Source: an uncultured Candidatus Rokubacteria bacterium (GTDB lineage Bacteria > Methylomirabilota > Methylomirabilia > Rokubacteriales > CSP1-6). From it: 64,000 bases of DNA. The position numbers and the translations under genes were made by a program. The stretch is taken from NCBI GenBank assembly GCA_963771355.1, contig CAVYTA010000007.1:480001-544000 (forward strand), read 5' to 3'. The notes below the pieces were generated by a model. It was not told the origin of the DNA and made no database searches. It saw nothing but the letters and a program-made list of their open reading frames with translations. Shown piece by piece: positions 9,663-18,871 of this stretch (position 1 is its first letter; every line of letters starts with the position of its first letter).

Positions 9663-10298
9663 GTGTCCGCGACCGACAATGGGCTGGGGTTCACCCCGCG
9701 CGAGCTGCGCGGGCTGCGCGCGCTCCGCACGCCCGCCGGGATCCAGCGCGCGATGGACGCCATGCCGTATCACCTCGCCGCCACCGCGTGGTCGCCGCGG
9801 CGGGTGCTGCGCGAGGGGACGGCCCACTGTCTCGAGGGCGCGATCTTCGCGGCGGTCGCTCTGCGCGTGCTGGGATTTCCCCCGCTGCTCCTGGACCTGG
9901 AGGCGGTGCAGGACTCCGACCACGTGCTCGCCGTCTACCAGGTGCGCGGGCACTGGGGCGCCATCGCGAAGTCGAATTTCTCCGGCCTGCGCTTCCGTGA
10001 ACCGGTGTACCGCTCGCCCCGCGAGCTGGCGTTGAGCTACTTCGACGACTACATGAACCTGCGGGGCGAGCGCACGCTCCGCGCGTATTCCCAGCCGGTG
10101 AACCTGGCCCGCTTCGACCGTGTCCGCCCGGGCTGGATGACGGGCGACGACGAGTGCTGGTGGATCGCCGAGTTCCTGGTCGGGGTGCCCCACACGCCGC
10201 TGCTCACGCCGGCGATGATCCGAGGCCTCAGCAACATGGGACCGCGCTCGCTACGCGCGGCGCTCGTCGGCCACCGCGGGTCCGGAAGAGCCCGCTGA
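9663..10298 (+). CDS. Conserved hypothetical protein, possible transglutaminase-like Cys-His fold
   Basis: AHCLEGA, DSDHVLA and WGAIAKSNF. GTG lies 7 nt after TAGGAT; alternative ATG start at 9654. Confidence 0.7.
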   Translation: MSATDNGLGFTPRELRGLRALRTPAGIQRAMDAMPYHLAATAWSPRRVLREGTAHCLEGAIFAAVALRVLGFPPLLLDLEAVQDSDHVLAVYQVRGHWGAIAKSNFSGLRFREPVYRSPRELALSYFDDYMNLRGERTLRAYSQPVNLARFDRVRPGWMTGDDECWWIAEFLVGVPHTPLLTPAMIRGLSNMGPRSLRAALVGHRGSGRAR

Positions 10299-10311
10299 CA
10301 GGAGGACCACC

Positions 10312-10749
10312 ATGTCCAGCGCCACCCCCGTCGACGCCCATCAGCCGCCCCAGGCCGTGCACGCGGACGCGCGCCCGTGGGAGACGCTGCGCTGGCCCGG
10401 CCAGTGGAGCAAGATGCTCTTCCACCCGCGGCCGGAGCGGCCCACCGAGCCCAACGCGGGGCTGGTGCGCTACGAGCCCGGGTCGCATCATCCCTTCCAC
10501 AAGCACGATTTTGCGCAGGTCTGGTACATCCTCGAGGGCGAGTTCCGGATCGGCGAGGCGACCTACGGGCCCGGCACCATGCTCTTCTATCCGGACCCGC
10601 ACTTCGAGCCGCCGCTGTCGACGAGCACGGGCGGCCTCATGCTCTTCGTCCAGTACCAGGGCCCGGACACCGGGGGGCGCCCGATCTACGACGGGCGCTT
10701 CAACATGACCGCGCGCAAGCCGGTGGAGCAGGAGAACGTCGAGCGGTGA
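10312..10749 (+). CDS. Cupin domain protein
   Basis: HPFHKHDFAQVWYILEGE cupin motif. RBS AGGAGG. Confidence 0.8.
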   Translation: MSSATPVDAHQPPQAVHADARPWETLRWPGQWSKMLFHPRPERPTEPNAGLVRYEPGSHHPFHKHDFAQVWYILEGEFRIGEATYGPGTMLFYPDPHFEPPLSTSTGGLMLFVQYQGPDTGGRPIYDGRFNMTARKPVEQENVER

Positions 10750-10752
10750 GCC

Positions 10753-11169
10753 TCAGAGCTTCATCGGCGGCCGGCCGAAGCGGGTGCGCACTCGGTTGAT
10801 GGCGCGCAGCACGACCGGCCGCGCGGCGAGCCGTCGCTCGAGCTTCCGCTTGCCGGGGTAGTCGAGCAGGATCAGGCCGATGACGATGGTGAGCAGCCCC
10901 TGGCCGGGTATGCCGGGAACGGACAGGAGGAGGCCCAGGGCGATGAGCGCGAGTCCGAGGATGTTCTTGGCGATTCGCCACACCCAGCGCAGGAGCGGGG
11001 ACCGCGGCCACTCGACGGGGGCGGCACCCTGCCGGAAGTAGTCGGCGGGCAGCGTCACCAGCACCGCGGTGACCGCGGCCAGGCTCAGCAGGGACGACGC
11101 GGCGAACAGGCCCACCCCCCACAGCACGCGCTCGGTGAGCGTGGTGTTCTCGAACAGGCGGGCCAGCAT
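10753..11169 (-). CDS. Small membrane protein (PGPGW-like)
   Basis: TM segments, KNILG...PGIPGQGLLTI and LRAINRVR. Confidence 0.75.
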   Translation of the reverse strand: MLARLFENTTLTERVLWGVGLFAASSLLSLAAVTAVLVTLPADYFRQGAAPVEWPRSPLLRWVWRIAKNILGLALIALGLLLSVPGIPGQGLLTIVIGLILLDYPGKRKLERRLAARPVVLRAINRVRTRFGRPPMKL

Positions 11170-11185
11170 CGATGGCGCGTCCGCT

Positions 11186-13219
11186 TCAGCCGCGGTGCGC
11201 CGCCACCTCCACCCGCGCATCGTTGTAGCAGGCGCCCTCGGCCAGGTCCGCGTGGTGCGCGGGCGCGAGCGCGGAGACGGTTTGCCCGTTGTCGCTGGTA
11301 CGGAACCACGCGCCCTTGAGCGAGCAGACCACCCCGGGGCGCACCGCGTCGGTGATGTGAAGCGGCAGGCGTACCTCGCCGAGGTCGTTCCACATGCGGA
11401 CGGTGTCGCCCTCCCGCAGGTCCCGCGCCCGCGCGTCCTCCGGATGCATCTCGAGCGGGGGCGTGGCGTCACTGGCCGGAAGGCCGCCGAAGGTCGAGGT
11501 GATCCGCTCGTCCGACGCGGGCGTGATGAGGGCGAGCGGGTAGGGGCTCGCGATCGGGCGATAGCTGGGTAGCCGCGCGCCGTACTTCCGCTCGAGGTAC
11601 TCGGAGGCAAGCTCCACCTTGCCGGACGGCGTCCGGGGGGCGACGCTCCGGAACAGCGCGGCCGGCTCGCCGCCCACCGTCATCGCGAGCGGCGTCTCCA
11701 GAGGAACCCGGCTCCCCGTGAATCCCCGCATGCGCGGATCCGCCGCATCCATCGCGTCATCCATCAGCTCGGCGTCGCCGGCACGGAAGGCGGGCTCCGT
11801 GAAGCCGAAGCGCGCGCAGAGTCGGCGGAAGATCTCGGTATTGGGCAGCGACTGCCCTTGCCACGGAATCACCGGCTCGGCGCGCTGCAGCCAGTGGGTG
11901 CCGTAGGCGGCATAGAGATCCGGATACTCGAAGTGGCTCCCCGCGGGCAGCACGATGTCGGCATAGGCGAGGCTGTCTGTCATCACCACGTCGCATCCCA
12001 CCGTGAAGAGGTCCTCGCGCGCGAGGCCCCGCTTGAGGCGGTTCTGATCGGGGTGCACGATCACCGGGTTGTGATTGTAGATGAAGAGGGCCTTGATGGG
12101 GGGCGCCAGCGCGGGATCGAGAAGGTGCCGGCCCACGTCGATGATGTTGAGCGTGCGCGTTCCCGCCGGTACGAGGTCGGGACGCACGAGGCGCGCGGGC
12201 GTCTTGGGGAACGCGTGGCCGGCGCCGTTCACCAGCCCGCCCCCCACCACGCCCCACTTGCCCGCGAGCGCGGGCAGCGCGAACACCGCGCGGATGCCGC
12301 TGCCGCCATTCTGGTTGCGCTCCAGCCCGTTGCCGACGCTGATGGCCGCGGGAGACAGCGTGTGATACCACGCGGCGAGCTGACGGATCTCGCCCTCGGG
12401 CACCCCGCAGATCCGGGCCGCCTCCGGGACGGGATACCGGCGCGCCTGCGCCATGAAGGCCTCGAAGCCCTCCACGTGACGCGCGATGAACTCGCGGTCG
12501 AGCCCGCCCTGCCGCTCGAGCTCGGCGGCGATGGCCCAGGCAAGCACCACGTCGGTCCCCGGCCGCAGCGCGATGTGCAGGTCGGCCTGCTCCGCGATCT
12601 TCACGCGCTTGGGGTCGATCACCACCACTCGCGCGCCGTCACGGCGGGCTGCGTTGATCAAGGGCGTGAGGTGGAGGTTGCACCAGGTGACGTTGTTGCC
12701 CCACACCACGATGAGCTTCGCCTCGCGCACTTCTTCCGGGGGGATACCCGGCGCCGCGCCGTAGGTGCCCATCCACGCCTCCCCGCGTATGCCTCCGCAC
12801 AGGGGCCGGCGGTCGAGCAGGGTCGCGCCCAGACGATGGAAGAACCGAAGGTCCATCGAGGCGCCCGCGAGCATGCCGTGGGGCCCGGCGTAGTTCAGCG
12901 GGACAATGGCCTGCGGCCCGTGCTCGGCGATGATCGTGCTGAAGCGGGCGTGGATGGCGTCGAGCGCGGCGTCCCACGAGATGGGCTCGAAGCGGCCCTC
13001 GCCCTTGGCGCCCACGCGGCGGAGCGGGGTGTGGAGGCGCCCCGGCCCATGAACCCAATCCGGGTAGGCCGCCGGGACCTTGGCACAGAGCACCCCGCCG
13101 GTATACGGGTTGACCTTCGAGCCGCGCACCTTGACGATGCGCTCCTGCTCCACCGTCACGGTCAGGCTGCAGGTGTCGGGACAGTCGAGGGGACAGACGC
13201 TGGCACGCTCCGCGATCAT
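11186..13219 (-). CDS. Molybdopterin-dependent oxidoreductase (DMSO reductase superfamily)
   Basis: CPLDCPDTC...LCAK Fe-S motif, PLRRVG, ISWDAA, LRPGTD, ADIVLP, TPSGKVEL and MHPEDA. RBS AGGAGG. Confidence 0.9.
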   Translation of the reverse strand: MIAERASVCPLDCPDTCSLTVTVEQERIVKVRGSKVNPYTGGVLCAKVPAAYPDWVHGPGRLHTPLRRVGAKGEGRFEPISWDAALDAIHARFSTIIAEHGPQAIVPLNYAGPHGMLAGASMDLRFFHRLGATLLDRRPLCGGIRGEAWMGTYGAAPGIPPEEVREAKLIVVWGNNVTWCNLHLTPLINAARRDGARVVVIDPKRVKIAEQADLHIALRPGTDVVLAWAIAAELERQGGLDREFIARHVEGFEAFMAQARRYPVPEAARICGVPEGEIRQLAAWYHTLSPAAISVGNGLERNQNGGSGIRAVFALPALAGKWGVVGGGLVNGAGHAFPKTPARLVRPDLVPAGTRTLNIIDVGRHLLDPALAPPIKALFIYNHNPVIVHPDQNRLKRGLAREDLFTVGCDVVMTDSLAYADIVLPAGSHFEYPDLYAAYGTHWLQRAEPVIPWQGQSLPNTEIFRRLCARFGFTEPAFRAGDAELMDDAMDAADPRMRGFTGSRVPLETPLAMTVGGEPAALFRSVAPRTPSGKVELASEYLERKYGARLPSYRPIASPYPLALITPASDERITSTFGGLPASDATPPLEMHPEDARARDLREGDTVRMWNDLGEVRLPLHITDAVRPGVVCSLKGAWFRTSDNGQTVSALAPAHHADLAEGACYNDARVEVAAHRG

Positions 13220-13428
13220 GGATGCCTCCTGTCGCCGCGCGCGGGCGCGCGCGGCGCCTCCAGCTATCGCACAGTCGCGGCGCGATCTCAACCGTCGTCG
13301 CTCCGGTGTCGCGCCGCGCCGCGGAAATGGCTGAGCGCGAACTCGACGCGATGGCCCTCTCACATTGGCCGGACGCCCGGCGAGACTTGACGCGGAGGCG
13401 GGGGTCGACCGATGATGCGGGCAGAGCC

Positions 13429-14118
13429 ATGGACGGGGTTCACGATCTCGGCGGGATGCACGGTTTCGGGCCGGTGGCGCGGGAGCAGAACGAGCCCGCC
13501 TTTCACGCCGCCTGGGAGGCGGCCGTGTACGCCATCATGCGCGCGAGCATGAGCAACGGTCTCTACAACCTGGACGAGTTCCGCCACGGCGTCGAACGGA
13601 TGGACCCCGCCCACTATCTCCGGTCCGGCTACTACGAGCACTGGCTGGACGGGATCACCCGCGTGCTGGTGGAGAAGGGCGTGGTCTCGGCGGCGGAGCT
13701 GGAGCGCCGCACGGAGTTCTTCACCGCCCGGCCCGATGCTCCCGCTACCACCGCGGTCCGCGCCATGCCCCCGAGCGCGCCCCCCCGTTTCGAGTGGATG
13801 GCGGAGCCCTCGGAGCGCCCGGCCACGGCCCCGCCGCGCTTCGCGCCCGGCGACGCGGTGGTCACGCGGAATCTCCACCCGCGCGGGCATACGCGCCTTC
13901 CGCGCTACGCGCGGGGCCGGAAGGGCGTCATTCACACCGTGCACGGCGCCCACGTCTTTCCCGACACCAACGCGCACGGCGGGGGCGAGCAGCCCCAGAC
14001 GCTCTACAGTGTCTGCTTCGACGCGCGCGAGATGTTCGGCGAGACGGCGGAGACGAATCAGAAGATCTACATCGATCTGTGGGAGCCGTATCTCGAGCCC
14101 GGAGCGCCCCGTGGGTAA
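13429..14118 (+). CDS. nthB: Nitrile hydratase beta subunit
   Basis: MDGVHDLGGMHGFG, YYEHW, GHTRLPRYARG and IDLWEPYL. Confidence 0.95.
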   Translation: MDGVHDLGGMHGFGPVAREQNEPAFHAAWEAAVYAIMRASMSNGLYNLDEFRHGVERMDPAHYLRSGYYEHWLDGITRVLVEKGVVSAAELERRTEFFTARPDAPATTAVRAMPPSAPPRFEWMAEPSERPATAPPRFAPGDAVVTRNLHPRGHTRLPRYARGRKGVIHTVHGAHVFPDTNAHGGGEQPQTLYSVCFDAREMFGETAETNQKIYIDLWEPYLEPGAPRG

Positions 14119-14707
14119 GAATCATCCAAACGTGGACAAGTACGTCGAGTCGAGGGTGCGGGCGCTGGAGTCGCTCCTCCTCGAGAAGGGCATCCTGCCC
14201 GCCGACGCGGTGGATCGCGTGATCCAGCGCTTCGAGGCGGATACCGGCCCCCTCATCGGCGCCCGCGCGGTGGCGCGGGCCTGGCGGGACCCCGACTACA
14301 AGCGGCGGCTCCTGGAGGAGCCGCGACGGGCCCTCGCCGACTTCGGGCTCGACTTCGACATGCTCCGCGTGGTCGAGAACACGCCGGCGGTGCACAACCT
14401 GGTGGTGTGCACGCTCTGCTCCTGCTACCCGTGGGCGGTGCTCGGGCTGCCGCCCACCTGGTACAAGATGCCCGCCTATCGCTCGCGCGCGGTGGTCGAG
14501 CCTCGCAAGGTGCTCGGCGAGTTCGGGGTCGAGGTTCCGGAATCCCGCGAGATCCGCGTCTGGGACTCGAGCGCCGAGCTGCGCTACATGGTGCTGCCCG
14601 AGCCCCCCGTGGGCTCGGCGCACCTGGACGAGGCCGGGCTCGTGCCGCTGATCTCGCGCGACGCCCTCATCGGCGTCGCGGAAGTCCGACTCCCGCCGCT
14701 CGGCTGA
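14111..14707 (+). CDS. nthA: Nitrile hydratase alpha subunit, cobalt type
   Basis: VCTLCSCYP active site (T and Y mark the Co type), GLPPTWYK and WDSSAELRYMVLP. Confidence 0.95.
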   Translation: MGKNHPNVDKYVESRVRALESLLLEKGILPADAVDRVIQRFEADTGPLIGARAVARAWRDPDYKRRLLEEPRRALADFGLDFDMLRVVENTPAVHNLVVCTLCSCYPWAVLGLPPTWYKMPAYRSRAVVEPRKVLGEFGVEVPESREIRVWDSSAELRYMVLPEPPVGSAHLDEAGLVPLISRDALIGVAEVRLPPLG

Positions 14708-14710
14708 GCG

Positions 14711-15577
14711 ATGTACGAGCGGCGCCGCAACCTCGTCGTCCGACCCGACGGCCGCCTCGTCAACGTCGCGCGTTCGCGCGGGCAGCTCTTCGTGTGCGCG
14801 AGCGGCTGCTGCTGTGGCCGGGTGGAGGACGGGTTCGCGCCCGTCCCCACCGAGCTCTTCCATCGCGAGTGGGAGCGACGGCGGCTCCGCAACGTCGTGC
14901 ATCTCACCATCGGCGGCTGCCTCGGACCCTGCGCGCTCGCCAACGTGGTCCTGCTCCTCTTCGACGGCCAGGCCCAGTGGTACCACTCGATCAATCGCGA
15001 CGGGCTCGTCCTTGCGCTCTACGACCACGTGGACCGCATGCTCGAGGCCGACGGCGTTCGGCCGCCACCCCCCGCGCTGGCGCCCTACCACTTCACCGCC
15101 TCGTCCTGGCAGGCGCGCCCGGACGGCCAGCCGGTGGATGACTTCCGGCCGCGCGCCGTCGGGGGCGTGGCGACCGGCATGCCGGTGGACGCCGCGCATG
15201 GCTGTTCCCCCGTGGCCGACGAGGTCGACGAGCGAAGCGGCGCCGCCGTGGTGGAGCGGCTCGTGGCCGACATGACCGGGCCCGCGGCGATGCCGCGGAA
15301 GAACGGCGAGTTGGTCTTCGCGGAGCCGTGGCAGGGACGGGCCTTCGGCATGGCGGTGGCGCTGTCCGAGCAGGGCGCCTTCGCGTGGGAAGAGTTCCGC
15401 CAGGAGCTCATCGCCCAGGTCGCCGCGGCCGAGCGGCGCGGCGGGTCCTTCGAGTACTACGAGGTCTGGCTGGCCACCTTCGAGCGCCTGCTCGCCGCCA
15501 AGGGACTCGTGAGCGGCGCCGAGGTGGAGGAGTGCGCCTTCCAGTTCGAGTTCGGCGAGCGCGACGAAGTGTTCTGA
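14711..15577 (+). CDS. Fusion of a Cys-rich thioredoxin-like (2Fe-2S) ferredoxin domain and a nitrile hydratase accessory protein
   Basis: N-terminus has CASGCCCG...GGCLGPC. C-terminus has PRKNGELVFAEPWQGRAFGMAVAL...WEEFR...YYEVWLATFERLL. Confidence 0.8.
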   Translation: MYERRRNLVVRPDGRLVNVARSRGQLFVCASGCCCGRVEDGFAPVPTELFHREWERRRLRNVVHLTIGGCLGPCALANVVLLLFDGQAQWYHSINRDGLVLALYDHVDRMLEADGVRPPPPALAPYHFTASSWQARPDGQPVDDFRPRAVGGVATGMPVDAAHGCSPVADEVDERSGAAVVERLVADMTGPAAMPRKNGELVFAEPWQGRAFGMAVALSEQGAFAWEEFRQELIAQVAAAERRGGSFEYYEVWLATFERLLAAKGLVSGAEVEECAFQFEFGERDEVF

Positions 15578-15718
15578 CGACGCGTCCCGCCTCTCGCGGA
15601 CGCGGGCAACAATCCTCGCAGGTCCCCTCGCTACCCCGTTGGGCCCCCGTTTGTCTCGGCCCCGTTTTCCTTTCTGAGAAGGGGCCGGAATCGCGCGCGT
15701 TTTTGACGGGATGTCCGT

Positions 15719-15734
15719 TGGCACCGCGGTTGCT
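15719..15734 (+). promoter_or_regulatory. sigma54 (-24/-12) promoter
   Basis: TGGCACCGCGGTTGCT matches TGGCAC-N5-TTGC. Confidence 0.8.
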
Positions 15735-15782
15735 CTCTACCCGGTCATGCGGCACCCAAACGCGGCACCGACGGAGGGGAAC

Positions 15783-15881
15783 ATGGCCAAGCCCAACTAC
15801 TCCAAGCTCTGCTGGACCGTGATGGCGCTGGGCGCGGTGATCTTCTTGACGCAGTCGGCGCTCCTCGCCTTCGCTCGCTAG
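15783..15881 (+). CDS. 32-aa single-TM small protein MAKPNYSKLCWTVMALGAVIFLTQSALLAFAR
   Basis: RBS GGAGGGG, downstream of the sigma54 promoter, hydrophobic core, followed by a hairpin. Confidence 0.6.
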   Translation: MAKPNYSKLCWTVMALGAVIFLTQSALLAFAR

Positions 15882-15923
15882 AGACATTCAAGCGGCGCCG
15901 CTGACGGCCCCGCTCGCTCGATA

Positions 15924-15971
15924 CCAGGCGTCGTCCTCCGTCACCGGAGCGGCGACGCCTGGACGGATTTT
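15924..15971 (+). terminator. Long GC hairpin after the small ORF; terminator-like
   Basis: CCAGGCGTCG..CTCCG-TCAC-CGGAG..CGACGCCTGG followed by ACGGATTTT. Confidence 0.45.
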
Positions 15972-16066
15972 GGTGGGCTTCGCGCACGGGGAAGGTTGGC
16001 AACCGTCCGATTTCACTAACCGGTCTCATTGGCTCACGATTTGCTCACTCTCGGGGTGGACCGATC

Positions 16067-17512
16067 ATGCGACTCGCTCCCAAGGTCTTTCTCGTTTCCG
16101 CCCTGGTGATCCTCGTGCTCGGCGGCGTTGCGGGCTGGAGTCTCCACGCCGTCAACGAGCTCGTCGAGGTCAACCGGGGCATCGCCACGCGCTCCGTCCC
16201 CGCGATCGAGGCTACCAGCGGGCTGCCGGAATCGTTCCGCCGGCTGGTGCGTCTGGAAGCCAAGTACTTCGTCCTCCGTGACCGCGCCTATGCCGATCTC
16301 TGGAATGAGCGGGCCACGCGCATCAGCAGCGAGCTCGACCGGCTGGGGACCTTGCTGGTCACCGACGAGGAGAAGCACTGGCACGCGGACGCGGTCGCCG
16401 CCTTCACGCGCTATCGCGCGCTGGTGGAGCAGGAGCGCGTGCTCCTCACCCGCGGGGAGACGGCGCGCGCCGAGCGGATTTCCAGCCGGGACGCGCGGGA
16501 GGCCGCCGATCACGCCGAGGCGAGCGTGGTCAAGCTCATGGCGGCGACCAACGCCGCCCTCCGGCGCGCCCAGGCGGAGGCGGGGGCGCTCGCCGGCCGT
16601 ACCTGGAACGCGGTGGTGTGGGCCCTCGTGGGCAGTCTCGGCGCCGCCCTCGCCGCCACGGGGTTTCTCGCGTTCCGGATGACGCGCGCGCTGCGCCGGC
16701 TCTCGCGGGCCACGCGTGACCTCGCCGACGGCTCGTTCACCGAGCCCTTGCCGACGAACCGGAAGGACGAGATCGGCGACCTGGCCCGCGCGTTCAACCG
16801 CATGGCCGTGCGGCTCAAGGAAGTGGACACGCTCAAGGAGGAGTTCTTCTCCCACATCTCGCACGACCTGCGAAATCCCCTCACCGGGATGCGCGGGGCG
16901 GCGCAGCTCCTCGTGCAGGGCCGGACCGGCCCCCTCCAGGAGCGGCAGATGAAGATGGTGGGGGTCATCGCCGAGAGCGCGGAGCGGATGCTGGCGATGG
17001 TGAACCAGATCCTCGAGTTCACCCGGCTGCGGGCGCATCTCATGCCGCTCGAGCGCCGGCCGGTGGACCTCGCCAAGGTCGTCGCGCGCGCCCTCGACGA
17101 GGTGCACCCGCAGGCGGAGGATGCCGGCATCGCGCTCACCACCACCACCAGCGGCGGGGACTTCTCCGTTCTCGGGGACGAGGCCGCCCTCATGCGAGTG
17201 GTGGTGAACCTCGTCAGCAACGCGGTCAAGTTCACGCCGCGCGGCGGATCCGTCCTCGCGCAGGTGCGTGACTGGGGCGCGGAGGTCGAGCTCCGGGTGA
17301 CGGACACGGGGGTCGGCATTGCCGCCGCCGAGATCCCTCACATCTTCGATCCCTACCGGCAGGCCCATACCGGCCGCAAGGGGTCCGGCCTCGGTCTCGC
17401 CGTGGTCAAGGGCTTGGTAGAGACCCACGGCGGTCGGGTGACCGTCGAGTCCGACCCCGACAAGGGAAGCTGCTTCGCGGTGACCCTGCCCCGCGCGGGG
17501 AGTCCGTCGTGA
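16067..17512 (+). CDS. HAMP-domain sensor histidine kinase (QseE/GlrK-like layout)
   Basis: 2 TM, helical periplasmic domain, HAMP (DEIGDLARAFNRM), SHDLRNPL, NAVKFT and GSGLGL. Confidence 0.9.
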   Translation: MRLAPKVFLVSALVILVLGGVAGWSLHAVNELVEVNRGIATRSVPAIEATSGLPESFRRLVRLEAKYFVLRDRAYADLWNERATRISSELDRLGTLLVTDEEKHWHADAVAAFTRYRALVEQERVLLTRGETARAERISSRDAREAADHAEASVVKLMAATNAALRRAQAEAGALAGRTWNAVVWALVGSLGAALAATGFLAFRMTRALRRLSRATRDLADGSFTEPLPTNRKDEIGDLARAFNRMAVRLKEVDTLKEEFFSHISHDLRNPLTGMRGAAQLLVQGRTGPLQERQMKMVGVIAESAERMLAMVNQILEFTRLRAHLMPLERRPVDLAKVVARALDEVHPQAEDAGIALTTTTSGGDFSVLGDEAALMRVVVNLVSNAVKFTPRGGSVLAQVRDWGAEVELRVTDTGVGIAAAEIPHIFDPYRQAHTGRKGSGLGLAVVKGLVETHGGRVTVESDPDKGSCFAVTLPRAGSPS

Positions 17513-18072
17513 GCCGCCCGAGTGCCGCCGCCCTGGTCGCCACGGTGGCTCTCCTTGGGTCCGGCTGCGCCACCAGCGAGTGGAAATGGCCGTCGTTGCC
17601 CTGGCCCGGCCAAACGTCCGCCAGCCCCCCGCCGTCCGCGGTCGCGGGGCCGCCCTCCCCGCCGCCGGTGCCGCCGTCCCCGCCGCCGGTGCCGTCCAGC
17701 CGCGTCGACGACCCCGTCCAGCTCGTGACCCGCGCGAACGAGCTCGCGCGCGACGGCATGCCGCTGACGGCCCGTGACGTCTACGAGCGGGTCATTCGCG
17801 ACTATCCCGAGCATCCGGTGCGTGCGGGTGCGCTCTTCGGCCTGGGGCAGCTCCAGGCCGACCCCGCCGGCCCGCTCCGGGACTACCGCGTCGCCTATCT
17901 CACTTTCGGGCGGGTGTTCGCGGAGCATCCGCGCAGCCGCTGGGAAGCCGAGGCGCGGGTCTGGCGGGGGATTCTCAACGAGCTCCTGGCGCGCGACGAC
18001 GAAGCCCAGCGGCTCCGTGCTCAGCTCCAGAAGCTCCGCCGCATCGAGGTCGATCTGGACAAGTCGCGCTAG
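17509..18072 (+). CDS. Helical/TPR-like lipoprotein with C-terminal coiled coil (QseG-like)
   Basis: Lipobox-like GSGC, Pro-rich linker, TPR-like helices and a C-terminal LQKLRRIEVDL. GTGA coupling to the kinase. Confidence 0.7.
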   Translation: MSRPSAAALVATVALLGSGCATSEWKWPSLPWPGQTSASPPPSAVAGPPSPPPVPPSPPPVPSSRVDDPVQLVTRANELARDGMPLTARDVYERVIRDYPEHPVRAGALFGLGQLQADPAGPLRDYRVAYLTFGRVFAEHPRSRWEAEARVWRGILNELLARDDEAQRLRAQLQKLRRIEVDLDKSR

Positions 18073-18089
18073 CCGGCGCCGCGGGAAAC

Positions 18090-18118
18090 TTGACAGTCGG
18101 AGTCCCGGATACCATGAT
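18090..18118 (+). promoter_or_regulatory. sigma70-type promoter; likely leaderless transcript
   Basis: TTGACA-N17-CATGAT, with the ATG 6 nt downstream at 18125. Confidence 0.6.
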
Positions 18119-18124
18119 CACGGC

Positions 18125-18865
18125 ATGAACAGCCTACAGCGCGCCGAGGCCGCCGATCATGCCGCCATCGAGGAGCTGGACCGCCTGGTCATCGTCAAAT
18201 CGACCATCTATACCTCCGGCGAGCGCGACCCGCGTCAGGCGCCGCCACGCCCGCCCGATCAGGGCCGGACGTACCTCATGGGGCATGACCCTCGACTGCC
18301 GAGGATGCCCGAGAAGCCGACCCTGTTCGACTTCTTCAAGTACCGCTTCGGGCCCGCCAATCACGTGCTCCAGAGCGCGCGGCTCGCCCAGAAGAACGGG
18401 ATGAGCGAGAAGATCGTCCTGGCCTGCCTGCTCCACGACATCGCCATCAGCGGGTTCATTCGCGCGGATCACGGGTACTGGGCAGCCCAGCTCCTGGAGC
18501 CCTACGTGGATCCCGAGGTGACCTTCGCCATCCGGTACCATCAGGTGCTGCGGTTCTACCCTGACGAGTCGGTGGGCTACCGCTATCCGGAGCTCTACGT
18601 GAAGCTCTTCGGCCCCGAGTTCCGTCCCGAGCCGTACCTGCACCGGGAGTACGAATACGCGACCCGCCACAAGTGGTACATGTCGGCGCGCTTGCTCACC
18701 GTGAACGACCTCTACTCCTTCGACCCCAACGCGCGTGTCGAGCTGGAGGAGTTCACGGACGTGGTAGGCCGCCACTTCCGCCAGCCGCCGGAGGGCCTGG
18801 GCCTCGACGCGAGCGCATCGGCGCACATGTGGCGGACCATCATGTGGCCGACGCGCTACCTCTAG
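18125..18865 (+). CDS. HD-domain hypothetical protein
   Basis: NHVLQSA...ACLLHDI...DHGYW...YHQ...NDLY metal-binding pattern. Confidence 0.75.
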   Translation: MNSLQRAEAADHAAIEELDRLVIVKSTIYTSGERDPRQAPPRPPDQGRTYLMGHDPRLPRMPEKPTLFDFFKYRFGPANHVLQSARLAQKNGMSEKIVLACLLHDIAISGFIRADHGYWAAQLLEPYVDPEVTFAIRYHQVLRFYPDESVGYRYPELYVKLFGPEFRPEPYLHREYEYATRHKWYMSARLLTVNDLYSFDPNARVELEEFTDVVGRHFRQPPEGLGLDASASAHMWRTIMWPTRYL

Positions 18866-18871
18866 CCGCGG

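Noticed and set aside
15998..16013. TGGCAAC upstream of the HAMP kinase as a second sigma54 promoter
   Set aside because: No GC at the -12 position.
17625..17700. Pro-rich 21-bp duplication in the lipoprotein
   Set aside because: Ordinary low-complexity linker.
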